Source: Oscillospiraceae bacterium
GTDB taxonomy: Bacteria; Bacillota; Clostridia; Saccharofermentanales; Fastidiosipilaceae
NCBI GenBank assembly: GCA_029983685.1
Contig: JASBZA010000005.1
Coordinates: 16,798 to 80,797, forward strand
Direction of reading: 5' to 3'
DNA: 64,000 nucleotides
Shown here: one piece after another, positions 9,268-18,604 of the stretch
Layout: each line of letters starts with the position of its first letter
How positions within the stretch are numbered: position 1 is the first letter of the stretch
Notes under the pieces: model-generated
Database searches by the model: none
The model's input: the letters and a program-made list of their open reading frames with translations, nothing else
Told to the model about the DNA's origin: nothing
Position numbers and translations under genes: made by a program

Positions 9268-10506
9268 TTAATGATTTTCCTTGTACTCATCGAGTTTAAA
9301 GGATATCTCCTTGTAGTCTCCGCCTCTATAGAACTTCATCTTGACCTCGTCACCGGCTTTATGACGATTCTTGACGATATTAAGTTGGGATACGGACACA
9401 ATCTTCTCACCGGCAAATTCGGTAATGATGTCTCCTGGCCTCAGACCGGCTTTATAAGCGGCCGAGTCTTCCGCAATATCCGAAATCCACACACCGACTA
9501 CTAAGGCTTTGCCGTAAGAATCTGCCATTCTGGGGCTGATATCCTGTCCCCTAATCTGTAAGGTAGGAAGGCCGGAAACATAACCGTCATTAATTAAGGC
9601 CGTCACGATAGACTTGGCGGTATTAATGGGGATAGCAAAACCCAGACCTTCAACACTGGGCCCTGATCCGGAACCGGAAGCTTTGGCCACATTGATGCCG
9701 ATTAACTCACCGAATGAATTGAAAAGACCGCCGCCGGAGTTGCCTCCGTTAATGGCCGCATCGGTTTGGATGAGGTTACTTAATTCAATCAACTCACCGT
9801 TGCCGGATTGCAATACCAAGGTACGGCCTAAAGAGGAAATAATACCTGCCGTAACAGTACCTTGGAAGTCACCTAAAGGGTTACCGACCGCTACGACCAG
9901 TTCACCTACCAGAAGGTCATCCGAGTTGCCGATTTTAGAAAACGGGAGGGCGGACTCTGTCTCGATTTTTACCACTGCCAAATCATTAATCTTGCTGGCA
10001 CCTATTAATTTGCCTTCGTAGGTCTGACCGGTAGCCAAAACGACCTCGATATCTTTAGCCCCGTCGATGACGTGATTATTGGTAACAATATAGCCGTCTT
10101 CGGAAATGATGACACCCGATCCGGCACTCTCGGAAGGTACCGTGCCGAAAACCGTATCTTGGGTTCCCTTCGCATAAATTGCGACCACAGCCGGTTGAGC
10201 CAGGGATGCAATCTCCATAGTGGTCAAAGACTCCTCATCTCGGTCGTGGCGGCCGGCGGCTTCTTCTAAGGAAAAATGGCGTTTGCCGGGGTCAACGGGT
10301 GTGACAGCTTCTGTTCCCTCTGTATCCTCTGGGACTAAGTCCACTTCACTGGTATGTGGTTCGCCGGGCTCTGTCATGCCCGCTTCTTTTTCTTTCCTTA
10401 TCTCTCCGACTATAGACGTGATACCCGAACAACCGGTTAAAAATACACTCGAGCTAAGAACCAAGGCCAAAGTGATGGCACTGATTTTTTTCGTTAGCTT
10501 CTGCAT
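9268..10506 (-). CDS. htrA: HtrA/DegP-family serine protease with PDZ domain, lipoprotein-anchored
   Basis: Signal peptide with lipobox LTGCSG. The catalytic triad context is NNHVIDGA, D in INDLAVVKI, and GNSGGGLFN. There is a C-terminal PDZ domain (LRPGDIITEFAGEKI). Confidence 0.9.
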   Translation of the reverse strand: MQKLTKKISAITLALVLSSSVFLTGCSGITSIVGEIRKEKEAGMTEPGEPHTSEVDLVPEDTEGTEAVTPVDPGKRHFSLEEAAGRHDRDEESLTTMEIASLAQPAVVAIYAKGTQDTVFGTVPSESAGSGVIISEDGYIVTNNHVIDGAKDIEVVLATGQTYEGKLIGASKINDLAVVKIETESALPFSKIGNSDDLLVGELVVAVGNPLGDFQGTVTAGIISSLGRTLVLQSGNGELIELSNLIQTDAAINGGNSGGGLFNSFGELIGINVAKASGSGSGPSVEGLGFAIPINTAKSIVTALINDGYVSGLPTLQIRGQDISPRMADSYGKALVVGVWISDIAEDSAAYKAGLRPGDIITEFAGEKIVSVSQLNIVKNRHKAGDEVKMKFYRGGDYKEISFKLDEYKENH

Positions 10507-10602
10507 GGTTCATATCCTCCTCATCCAACTTCTCACCTATTATATAAGTTATTTATGAATTCTTTTCTGCATCAAAGTCAATAAATTAATATATTATTTG
10601 AA

Positions 10603-11004
10603 TTAGAGATGAAATTTATTTTGTATGCCTTCCAGGTTCTTGATGATCTGCCCGGTCTTAATCCGGAAATACGTAAAAAAACTTAAGATAATCAGGTTTA
10701 TGATAAACAAAATAACGACTAATGGTTTCCCCGGCCAACCGTTCACAATATGGACTAAAAGATAAAGGGCCACAATGCTATTTAAGACCAGAGACCATGT
10801 CAGCATTTTCCTATTACGCTTATGGCGAATCAGGTCTTGACGGACCAGGGTTTTCGCAAAGACTTCTTTTAAATCAGCACCGCAAGACGGACAGACCAGT
10901 TCATCGGTCATGGGCAAAAATCGATCATCCAGGGCAAAATGGACGCTTTGATCACAGTTGGGGCAGCTGATATCCACATGATTGAGAGGTCTTGTATCTT
11001 TCAT
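10603..11004 (-). CDS. Small zinc-ribbon membrane protein, function unknown
   Basis: CPNC...17 aa...CPSC four-cysteine ribbon at the N-terminus, then two TM helices. AGGAG RBS upstream. Confidence 0.6.
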   Translation of the reverse strand: MKDTRPLNHVDISCPNCDQSVHFALDDRFLPMTDELVCPSCGADLKEVFAKTLVRQDLIRHKRNRKMLTWSLVLNSIVALYLLVHIVNGWPGKPLVVILFIINLIILSFFTYFRIKTGQIIKNLEGIQNKFHL

Positions 11005-11020
11005 GGCGTTACTCCTTTAT

Positions 11021-11054
11021 AAAAAAGCGGACCCCCTCAGGAATCCGCTTTTTT
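11021..11054 (-). terminator. Rho-independent terminator after pyk (hairpin is bidirectional in form)
   Basis: AAAAGCGGA (11023..11031) pairs with TCCGCTTTT (11044..11052), with U-tracts on both sides. Confidence 0.6.
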
Positions 11055-11074
11055 GAAATAAGCTAAGCCTAAGC

Positions 11075-12817
11075 TTACTTCACAATCTTCTTAACGGGGT
11101 CAACACTGACAACCTGATCGTTTTCCAGAAGCTTAGTTGCATCCTTAACGCCGTAGATAATGGGCAGGTTGAGATTTCTAGCCACTTCAATAGCCTTGTT
11201 GTCTTTCACATCTGCCGCCTCAGTAACCAGAGCCACTGCTTCGCGAATCAACGGCAAATCGTCTTCGGTAAAGTTCTCGGCAACCAAAACGGGGTTGTCG
11301 GGCAAGAAGACGAAATCTTCTCTCTCATCATCCAGAATGAAGACCTCACCCATTTCAATACGGGTTCCCATAGATTTGCCATTTAGGACCTTGGAGTCAA
11401 CGTGACGGACAATCATGGTGTTGGTTGAACCCGCCTGGCCTACAGGACTGCCGCATACCAGAACAACTAGGTCACCTGCATCGATGATGCCGTTTTCTTT
11501 GGCCAAGGTAATAGCTGCATCAAAGAAAGCTTCATTGTCCGAACTCTTCAGGGACTCATCGTAAAAAGCCTCAACACCCCAGGTCAAAGACATCTGTCTC
11601 TGGCTTCTGGCGTCATAGGTTAAGGCAACAATCGGAGCCTCAGGCCTGAAACGGGAAATCGAACGAGGTGTTCTGCCACTATCGGTGACGCAAAGGATAG
11701 CAGCAGCATGGATGGCGTTTGAAACCGCCACAGCAGCTTCACCAGTAGCCGTTACAACGTTTGATACAGCTTCTTCGACATTTTCAATCGAGTAAAGGTC
11801 CGTATCAATATTCTCTTCAATTTCACGGGCGATGGTGTTCATCATAGCAACGGCTTCGGCGGAGTACTTACCGTTTGCGGTCTCACCGGATAACATGATA
11901 GCACCTGTTCCGTCTAACAGGGCGTTGGCTACGTCGGATACTTCGGCACGAGTGGGGCGGGGGTTACGAATCATGGAGTCTAACATCTGCGTTGCGGTAA
12001 TGGAGTATTTCCCCTCTTCTAAGCATCGTGACAGAATGTACTTCTGGATGCCCGGTACCTTCTCAACCGGCACTTCAACACCCAAGTCACCCCTAGCAAC
12101 CATGATACCGTCACTGACCGATAAAATTTCTTCAAAATTATCAACACCTTCCTGGTTCTCAATCTTAGAGATAACTTGAATCTGACCGGCACCGTGATCG
12201 TTCAAAAGTTTCTTAATGGCTTCAACATCTTCGGCCTTACGGATAAAAGAAGCCGCGATGAAATCCATGCCGTGTTCGACCGCGAAGAGAATATCGTTCT
12301 CGTCACGTTCGGTCATGGAAGGCAGCTGTGTTTTAACATTAGGGAGGTTAATGCTCTTGTAGTTCGAAACCTCACCAGCATTATCGACTACCGTGTAGAC
12401 ATCTTCACCTTCGATACGGGTGACTTTGAGTTCGACCAAGCCATCATCGATCATGATGCGGTCATCAGGTTTAACGTCATGGTGGAGTTGTTTATAAGTA
12501 CAGGAGAATTCATGGCTGTCACCTAAGATATCTTCGTGGCGAATGATGACCTCTTCACCTTCGTTCAGCATCACTTTCTTATCTTTGAACTTACCGGTAC
12601 GAATCTCAGGTCCCTTCGTATCTAAGAGCAAAGCAACATTCTTGTTCTCTTCTTTGGCAATGCGGCGTACCCGCTCTACTCTGCCCAGGTGCTCTTCATA
12701 ATCGCCATGGGAAAAATTAAAACGGGCAACGTTTAAGCCATTTTGTATAAGGCGGCGAACTGCCTCATCGCTGTCCACAGCCGGTCCCATAGTACAAACA
12801 ATCTTTGTCTTACGCAT
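11075..12817 (-). CDS. pyk: Pyruvate kinase with C-terminal PEP-utiliser mobile domain
   Basis: MRKTKIVCTMGPA, ARFNFSHG, MVARGDLGVE and TQMLDSM motifs. The extra ~100-aa C-terminal domain is as in Bacillus/Geobacillus enzymes. Confidence 0.95.
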   Translation of the reverse strand: MRKTKIVCTMGPAVDSDEAVRRLIQNGLNVARFNFSHGDYEEHLGRVERVRRIAKEENKNVALLLDTKGPEIRTGKFKDKKVMLNEGEEVIIRHEDILGDSHEFSCTYKQLHHDVKPDDRIMIDDGLVELKVTRIEGEDVYTVVDNAGEVSNYKSINLPNVKTQLPSMTERDENDILFAVEHGMDFIAASFIRKAEDVEAIKKLLNDHGAGQIQVISKIENQEGVDNFEEILSVSDGIMVARGDLGVEVPVEKVPGIQKYILSRCLEEGKYSITATQMLDSMIRNPRPTRAEVSDVANALLDGTGAIMLSGETANGKYSAEAVAMMNTIAREIEENIDTDLYSIENVEEAVSNVVTATGEAAVAVSNAIHAAAILCVTDSGRTPRSISRFRPEAPIVALTYDARSQRQMSLTWGVEAFYDESLKSSDNEAFFDAAITLAKENGIIDAGDLVVLVCGSPVGQAGSTNTMIVRHVDSKVLNGKSMGTRIEMGEVFILDDEREDFVFLPDNPVLVAENFTEDDLPLIREAVALVTEAADVKDNKAIEVARNLNLPIIYGVKDATKLLENDQVVSVDPVKKIVK

Positions 12818-12882
12818 AGAATCTCCTTTTTCTCTAATGCAAATTTCACTTATTAATATATTCCCAAAACATTACACCTAAT

Positions 12883-13566
12883 CTAAGGATCGGGTGTAGG
12901 AGGTTTTTTAACGGTTTTTTCAGATGCCGGTTTAGACTTATATGACTTAATTAAGTCTCTAACCTTTCTCTCTATCCAGATGAAGGCGTTATCCCAGAGA
13001 TACTGCAAGGTATTAAAAGCCTTTAGCATAAACATAGGCGTAAAGATGGCCAAAACCAAAAAGCCCAGGCCGATACCCACGGCAATCAAGATAATTACAC
13101 CGCCGCCTACAAAAAGCCCGGTCACGCCGGTTTCGGCAGCTCTATGGTCCAGGTATGTGCCGAAGGTCTCATTGCCCCATTCCAATATCTTGTCAAATGT
13201 AAGCCAGTCAGGAAGTATAAAAAGCTCGGTAAAGCCGGCAATCATCCAGAAAAAAGCAGAAATATACTTGAGTCCCAATAAGGCCAAAATCGGCACACGG
13301 AGTATAAAGGGCATGCTGTAATAAATCATGCATAGCAAGGGGGTCACAAAGAACAAAATCAAGGTCAAAGTCTTCCATAGCCCCATGCGATTGGTAATGG
13401 CGGTACCGCCGAAATAGTTGGTCATGAAGGCAATGGCGGCCAAAAAGAAAAAGGTAAAGACGCTAAACCAGAGCCAAGTGCCCTTGTGCTTGCGATCTTC
13501 ATAGTCTGTATCAGCCCACCAGGCGTGTAATAACATGCCTTCCAAATAATCCATGGATAAGGTCAA
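12883..13566 (-). CDS. Hypothetical 5-6 TM membrane protein
   Basis: Long ORF with hydrophobic helices and a lysine/proline-rich tail. I did not recognise a family. Confidence 0.55.
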   Translation of the reverse strand: MTLSMDYLEGMLLHAWWADTDYEDRKHKGTWLWFSVFTFFFLAAIAFMTNYFGGTAITNRMGLWKTLTLILFFVTPLLCMIYYSMPFILRVPILALLGLKYISAFFWMIAGFTELFILPDWLTFDKILEWGNETFGTYLDHRAAETGVTGLFVGGGVIILIAVGIGLGFLVLAIFTPMFMLKAFNTLQYLWDNAFIWIERKVRDLIKSYKSKPASEKTVKKPPTPDP

Positions 13567-13766
13567 CTCTTCCTTTCTCTAGTCATAGCTGTATCTTAGT
13601 TACCATTTTAGCAAAAATTCGCTAAAATAAGAAATAATACTTACGCTTTATCTTTAGCATCGGAGGCTATTTTACCAAAGCTTAGGGTCTTTCTAAAGTA
13701 AAAAAATCATTAATGACAAAAGCCCCTTATTCCGTTCAAAAGAAGTCTCATATATAGGAGAAAAAG

Positions 13767-14504
13767 ATGCGCTTAGATCGAATTTTGGCCAACAGCGGCT
13801 TAGGCAGTCGCAAGGACGTAAAAAAACTTATCAAGAATGCACGTATCAGCTTGGAAGGAGAAATCTTGACCGATCCCGGACAAAACATCGATGAAGACAA
13901 AAGAGAATGGCTTTATCTGGATAATGAACCGATCCGAGTCCAAGAATGGCTTTATTACCTCATGCATAAACCCGCAGGATTTCTCACGGCCATGAATCAA
14001 ACCGACGAGACCGGACAAAGCACGCTGGGAGATTTGGTCCCGGACTTTTTCTTTCATAAGAAAATCGTTCCGGTCGGCCGTTTGGATAAAGATACCACCG
14101 GTCTTTTGCTCTTTACCAATGACGGAACGCTCCACCATCGCCTCTTGTCACCTAAGTACAAGATTCCCAGAACGTATGAAGTTTCTATCGAAATCCTAGA
14201 CCACTGCTTTAATGAAGATGATGTCAAAGCGGTTGCTCTAGGTATGGACATAGGGTTGGGTGAGAGATCGGGTCCCGGGGAACTTATTATTCTGGGACCT
14301 GATCGGTCAAGACTCACGCTCTATGAAGGAAAATACCACGAGGTCAAACGTATCATGGAGGCTTTAGGTAAGGAAGTTACAAGCTTGCACCGCCTCTCCT
14401 ACGGCCCAATCATACTGGGTGACGAAAAGCCCGGACAAATCCGCTTATTAGAACCAAGTGAAATAGAAGCCATGCTTCAGGCATGCGGCCTAGACCCGGC
14501 TTAA
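13767..14504 (+). CDS. rsuA: Pseudouridine synthase, RsuA/RluB family (S4 domain + catalytic domain)
   Basis: S4 domain MRLDRILANSGLGSRKDVKKLI, catalytic GRLDKDTTGLLLFTNDG, and late YHEVKRI. Confidence 0.85.
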   Translation: MRLDRILANSGLGSRKDVKKLIKNARISLEGEILTDPGQNIDEDKREWLYLDNEPIRVQEWLYYLMHKPAGFLTAMNQTDETGQSTLGDLVPDFFFHKKIVPVGRLDKDTTGLLLFTNDGTLHHRLLSPKYKIPRTYEVSIEILDHCFNEDDVKAVALGMDIGLGERSGPGELIILGPDRSRLTLYEGKYHEVKRIMEALGKEVTSLHRLSYGPIILGDEKPGQIRLLEPSEIEAMLQACGLDPA

Positions 14505-14512
14505 TCTCAAAA

Positions 14513-15523
14513 TTAAGGATTAGTGCTTGACGGCATGAGAGTCGGAGTCACTTTAGGCTCGGCTTCCATCAAGCCCAGGGTCGGGTCATACCAACTATCA
14601 ATGGACAAAAGAAGCTTTTCCAAAATCTCTTGTGACTTAGACCGATTTTCACTGTGGTAAACCAAAGCCAAATATTGCTCTCTTCCTACCATGTCCAAAC
14701 TGTTTAAGAGCTGCTTTTCGCTTAAATCCAGGGCATAAATATGCTCTTGTCCCCCTTCTCCTTCCGGTAAAAGCTCCGCCGATACAGTGTAGTAGCAAGG
14801 CTTAATGGCATAAGTCGTAAAGAGCTCCGGCTTTTCTTCAGACAACTTGTTATAAAGATCGTCCATGGGCAAGAACAAACCTTCTTTGACCAGTGAGTCA
14901 TACTGATCCTTATCCAGCAGGGCTATGTCGACTTTTTCGGCACCTGCCGCCATCAGCATACGCTTTACCATGGCGCCCACTTCGGCCTGGGGATCGACCA
15001 CCTGCTGGTCTCCCTCTTTACCGATGTAATTCAGCGTAATAATAGGATGCTTGAGATCGGGATTTTGCTCACGAATAACATCCATAAGCTTGTAGTCTTT
15101 CTCATCTAATACCTCACCACGCTTATAGAAGCGACCAAAGGCAGATAATTGAAAATCAATAGGCTCATTCGTGGCGACCTGATAAATGATAACAACAATT
15201 AAGATTACGACGGCCAAAGTAATAAAGAAAGGGACCTTGCCGTAATCCCAAATATTCTTCCAATCTTTTCTTTTTTTGCCGAAGACCTCTTTTTCCATCT
15301 TGGGATCTACCGGCGCAGGCGGTTCGTAGCGGCCGGTCAAAATATCATAGGCCATGGTTACCTGGTCTATACGCTTAAAAGTTTCCTCATCATCCTTGCC
15401 TCTGAGGCTCTTACTAATGAGTGTGTAGCGTCTCTCAACGTCATATATGCTTGCATCTTCCGGCAGATTTAATATTTCTAAAGCTTCTTTTCTGGACAGC
15501 ACCTTTAAGTCTCCACCCTTCAT
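14513..15523 (-). CDS. Membrane-anchored protein with a degenerate J-like N-terminal domain
   Basis: EALEILNLPEDASIYDVERRYTLISKSL...AYDIL has J-domain helix spacing but no HPD tripeptide. It is followed by one TM helix and a ~210-aa outside domain. The ATG at 15523 has no RBS, whereas the GTG at 15502 follows GGTGGAG. Confidence 0.5.
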   Translation of the reverse strand: MKGGDLKVLSRKEALEILNLPEDASIYDVERRYTLISKSLRGKDDEETFKRIDQVTMAYDILTGRYEPPAPVDPKMEKEVFGKKRKDWKNIWDYGKVPFFITLAVVILIVVIIYQVATNEPIDFQLSAFGRFYKRGEVLDEKDYKLMDVIREQNPDLKHPIITLNYIGKEGDQQVVDPQAEVGAMVKRMLMAAGAEKVDIALLDKDQYDSLVKEGLFLPMDDLYNKLSEEKPELFTTYAIKPCYYTVSAELLPEGEGGQEHIYALDLSEKQLLNSLDMVGREQYLALVYHSENRSKSQEILEKLLLSIDSWYDPTLGLMEAEPKVTPTLMPSSTNP

Positions 15524-15528
15524 ACGCT

Positions 15529-15567
15529 CATAAATAAAAATAAATAGAGCAGTTATTAGAACTGCTC
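15529..15567 (-). terminator. Rho-independent terminator ending the feo operon
   Basis: The minus-strand hairpin GAGCAGTT-ctaat-AACTGCTC (15547..15567) is followed by TCTATTTATTTTTATTT. Confidence 0.6.
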
Positions 15568-15612
15568 CATTTTAACAAATTTTTAGAACTTTTAGCCGTT
15601 AGGACCTTTTCT

Positions 15613-15831
15613 TTATACTTCGTTCTTATTCTCCGCCTGACTTGGGCATGTTCTTTGCCCGGACGGACATCCCTGGGCCGCCATGCAATTATCTGCCTCA
15701 GGGCAACCGATACAGGCAATAGAATGGCCTTTTTTCTTTCGTTTATAAAAATACCGTATGATAGAAATAATAATCACAGCCAGTAAAGTAATGACTAAGA
15801 TATCACCCCAATGTGCACGAATAAAAGGCAT
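15613..15831 (-). CDS. FeoB-associated Cys-rich membrane protein
   Basis: One TM helix, a basic stretch, then CIGCPEADNCMAAQGCPSGQRTC. AGGAGG RBS. It lies 19 nt downstream of feoB. Confidence 0.8.
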   Translation of the reverse strand: MPFIRAHWGDILVITLLAVIIISIIRYFYKRKKKGHSIACIGCPEADNCMAAQGCPSGQRTCPSQAENKNEV

Positions 15832-15850
15832 AAAGTCCCCCCTCCTTTAT

Positions 15851-18040
15851 TTATGACTCTAAAGCAGCTTGACTTCTGATACCGGAAAGCTTTTTGTCAG
15901 GATCTGGACGGAAAATAAGGAAGAGCCAAACCAGAAGAACCACTATGGCTACTCCTGTCCATAAAGTAAAGACACCGCTCGATACGAAGCTTGCTAATTG
16001 ATAGAAAATCAGTGAGAAAGAATAGGCGTATAGGGTCTGGTAGAAGACACCGAACAAGGTCCAAGATGCGGAACCTAACTCTCTATGCATAGCTCCGATA
16101 GCAGCAAAGCAAGGTGCACACAAGAGATTGAACGCCAAGAAAGAGAAACCGGTAATGACCGTATAGTGGCCGGTGACAGCTGATAAAGTCGACCAGGCGC
16201 TTTCATCGATTAAGTCCAGAATGTCACCTTGTACACCAAAGATGATTGCAAAAGTCGTCATAACGTTTTCTTTGGCCAAAAGCCCGGTAAAAGTGGCAAC
16301 AGTAGACTGCCAATCACCGAATCCCAGGGGAATAAAAAGCCAGGCTAAAGTATTGCCGATCTTGGCCAAAAAGGACTGATTAATCTCCACTTCGGCTATA
16401 CCTTGACCGGTCCAACCGTAAGTCTGCAAAAACCATATGGCCATACTGGAGAGCAATATAATGGTTCCGGCTTTTTTAATGAAAGAAGCAAGTCTCTCTC
16501 CGACCGATTGCACCACACCTTTAATTGAAGGTAAGCGATATTCCGGAAGCTCCATGATAAAAGGGGCAGGGTCTCCACTAAAACGCTTGGTTTTCTTTAG
16601 GATAATACCACTTAAAATAACAGAAAAAATACCCATAAAGTAGGTAAGCGGAGCAAACCACCAAGCTCCTTTGAAGATAGCACCGGCTACGAAAGCAATG
16701 ATAGGAAGCTTGGCAGAACAAGGCATAAAAGAGCAGCTGATTGCAGTCATACGTCGGTCGGACTCATGCTCAATTGTTCTCGATGCCATAATACCCGGAA
16801 CCGAGCAACCGGTACCAATAAGCATTGGGATAAAAGATTTACCCGATAAGCCGAATTTTCTGAATACACGATCCAAAACAAAAGCAATTCTTGCCATATA
16901 GCCACATTGTTCCAATAAGGCAAGCAAAATAAAAAGAGTCGCCATTTGCGGTAAAAAGCCGATAACTGCACCGACCCCCGCAATAATTCCGTCTGAGACC
17001 AAAGACACCAGCCAGGAAGAAGTCCCTATACTCTCTAGTAGCTTTCTGGAGCCTTCTTGTGCCCATTCTGCCACCACAACGTCATTAACAAAGTCTGTCA
17101 TGAGTGTTCCGATGGTAGATATGGATATAAAATAGACCACAAACATAACTGCAATAAAAATGGGCAGAGCTAAAAAGCGATGGGTAACAATTTTATCGAT
17201 TTTATCGGTAATACTAATTTTATCGGGTTCTTTTTTCACATAGATTTGTTTAAAAATATCGGCCAAAAAATCATATCGGGCTGATGAAATAATGGACTGC
17301 CCGTCATCATCCAGGAGGTCTTCAACTTCTTGTAATAAGTTCATATCCTCTTTAGTTAAATCAACGACATCTTCCAGAAGACTATCTTGTTCAAAAGCTT
17401 TTATAGAAAGCCAACGCAAAGGGAGTGTGCGGTACGGTGCTTCCCCTAAGGCTTGGAAACACCCTTGCTTAATATCTTCTTCTATTTTGCTTAGCCAGTG
17501 ATCCACCTCAGGAGGCAAAGGTAAAGAAAAAACACTCTTATTCGGCTTCAAAATCTGCCGCTCTAGGACTTTAACCAGTTGATCAATATTTTTTTCTTGT
17601 AAAGCGGAAATTTCCACAACAGGGCAAGCGAAGATTTTCGACAATTTAGCGGCGTCGAAACGGTCTCCTCTTTTTTCTACCAGATCCATCATATTGGCGG
17701 CAATGACCACAGGAATACCCATTTCCAGAATCTGAGTGGTTAAATAAAGGTTGCGCTCTAAATTTGATACATCAATAATATTGATGACGGCGTCCGGACG
17801 CTGGGAAATTAAATAATCTCTGGCAATACGTTCTTCTTGCGTATAAGGGGATAAGGAATATATACCCGGTAAATCCACCAACATTGTCCCATGCGACTGC
17901 CGTATCTTCCCTTCTTTTTTCTCTACCGTAACACCCGGCCAATTGCCCACATGCTGGCTCGCACCGGTCAAAGCATTAAATAAAGTCGTTTTACCTGAAT
18001 TCGGATTTCCTACCAAAGCTACTCGATGCATTTTTGTCAT
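15851..18040 (-). CDS. feoB: Ferrous iron transporter FeoB
   Basis: N-terminal G-domain (GNPNSGKTTLFN, DLPG) followed by the large gate/permease domain. Confidence 0.95.
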   Translation of the reverse strand: MTKMHRVALVGNPNSGKTTLFNALTGASQHVGNWPGVTVEKKEGKIRQSHGTMLVDLPGIYSLSPYTQEERIARDYLISQRPDAVINIIDVSNLERNLYLTTQILEMGIPVVIAANMMDLVEKRGDRFDAAKLSKIFACPVVEISALQEKNIDQLVKVLERQILKPNKSVFSLPLPPEVDHWLSKIEEDIKQGCFQALGEAPYRTLPLRWLSIKAFEQDSLLEDVVDLTKEDMNLLQEVEDLLDDDGQSIISSARYDFLADIFKQIYVKKEPDKISITDKIDKIVTHRFLALPIFIAVMFVVYFISISTIGTLMTDFVNDVVVAEWAQEGSRKLLESIGTSSWLVSLVSDGIIAGVGAVIGFLPQMATLFILLALLEQCGYMARIAFVLDRVFRKFGLSGKSFIPMLIGTGCSVPGIMASRTIEHESDRRMTAISCSFMPCSAKLPIIAFVAGAIFKGAWWFAPLTYFMGIFSVILSGIILKKTKRFSGDPAPFIMELPEYRLPSIKGVVQSVGERLASFIKKAGTIILLSSMAIWFLQTYGWTGQGIAEVEINQSFLAKIGNTLAWLFIPLGFGDWQSTVATFTGLLAKENVMTTFAIIFGVQGDILDLIDESAWSTLSAVTGHYTVITGFSFLAFNLLCAPCFAAIGAMHRELGSASWTLFGVFYQTLYAYSFSLIFYQLASFVSSGVFTLWTGVAIVVLLVWLFLIFRPDPDKKLSGIRSQAALES

Positions 18041-18069
18041 AATACGCTCCTTGCTTTCCTCTTCTTATA

Positions 18070-18085
18070 GTTAGTCATAGCTAAC
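18070..18085. promoter_or_regulatory. Palindrome GTTAGTCATAGCTAAC between feoA and feoB (candidate operator / internal promoter)
   Basis: A 5-6-5 inverted repeat. On the minus strand it fills the spacer between CTGACG and TATAAG. It has the same motif and the same placement as the site in the upstream feo promoter. Confidence 0.3.
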
Positions 18086-18103
18086 CGTCAGATAAAAAAA
18101 TAA

Positions 18104-18325
18104 TCACATCTCAACTTCAATATTCGCGGCGTCTTCTTTGCGAATACTAAGTTCATAAGATTTAACAGATATTTGTAAAGGGTCACCCAAGGGAGCCACC
18201 TTTATAAAATGGAGCTTCGTTCCTTCCACAATTCCCATATCCATAAATCGTCTTTTTAGAGGACCTCTTCCCCTAATTTTCTTAACAATTGCCTGTTCGC
18301 CGGGCTTCATATCCAACAAAGTCAT
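18104..18325 (-). CDS. feoA: FeoA family protein (second copy)
   Basis: The SH3-like FeoA sequence is MKPGEQAIVKKIRGRG.LKRRFMDMGIVEGTKL...GDPLQISV. The track ORF reaches 18361. I prefer the ATG at 18325, which is preceded by AAGGAGAG. Confidence 0.85.
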   Translation of the reverse strand: MTLLDMKPGEQAIVKKIRGRGPLKRRFMDMGIVEGTKLHFIKVAPLGDPLQISVKSYELSIRKEDAANIEVEM

Positions 18326-18341
18326 AATCTCTCCTTTTTTC

Positions 18342-18566
18342 TTAAGCAGCGTAAGCTTCAACCATAATTTTCTCGGCTAATTTGCCACCGATTCCCATAC
18401 GACATTGTTTCAGTAAAACAATGAAATTCGTCCGGCTATTTTTAATGATTTTCACTTCAGCACCGGGAACAAATCCCAAGTTATTGAGTTGATTACGCAC
18501 TTGATCTCTTCCTTGCAAACCGATAACTCTATAGGTAAAACCTTCCTGACCCATTGCTAAAGACAT
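18342..18566 (-). CDS. feoA: FeoA family protein (first copy)
   Basis: YRVIGLQGRDQVRNQLNNLGFVPGAEVKII matches FeoA. GGAGAGAGG RBS. Confidence 0.85.
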   Translation of the reverse strand: MSLAMGQEGFTYRVIGLQGRDQVRNQLNNLGFVPGAEVKIIKNSRTNFIVLLKQCRMGIGGKLAEKIMVEAYAA

Positions 18567-18604
18567 ATCCGAACGCCTCTCTCCATCTTATATTTCTACA
18601 GTGC

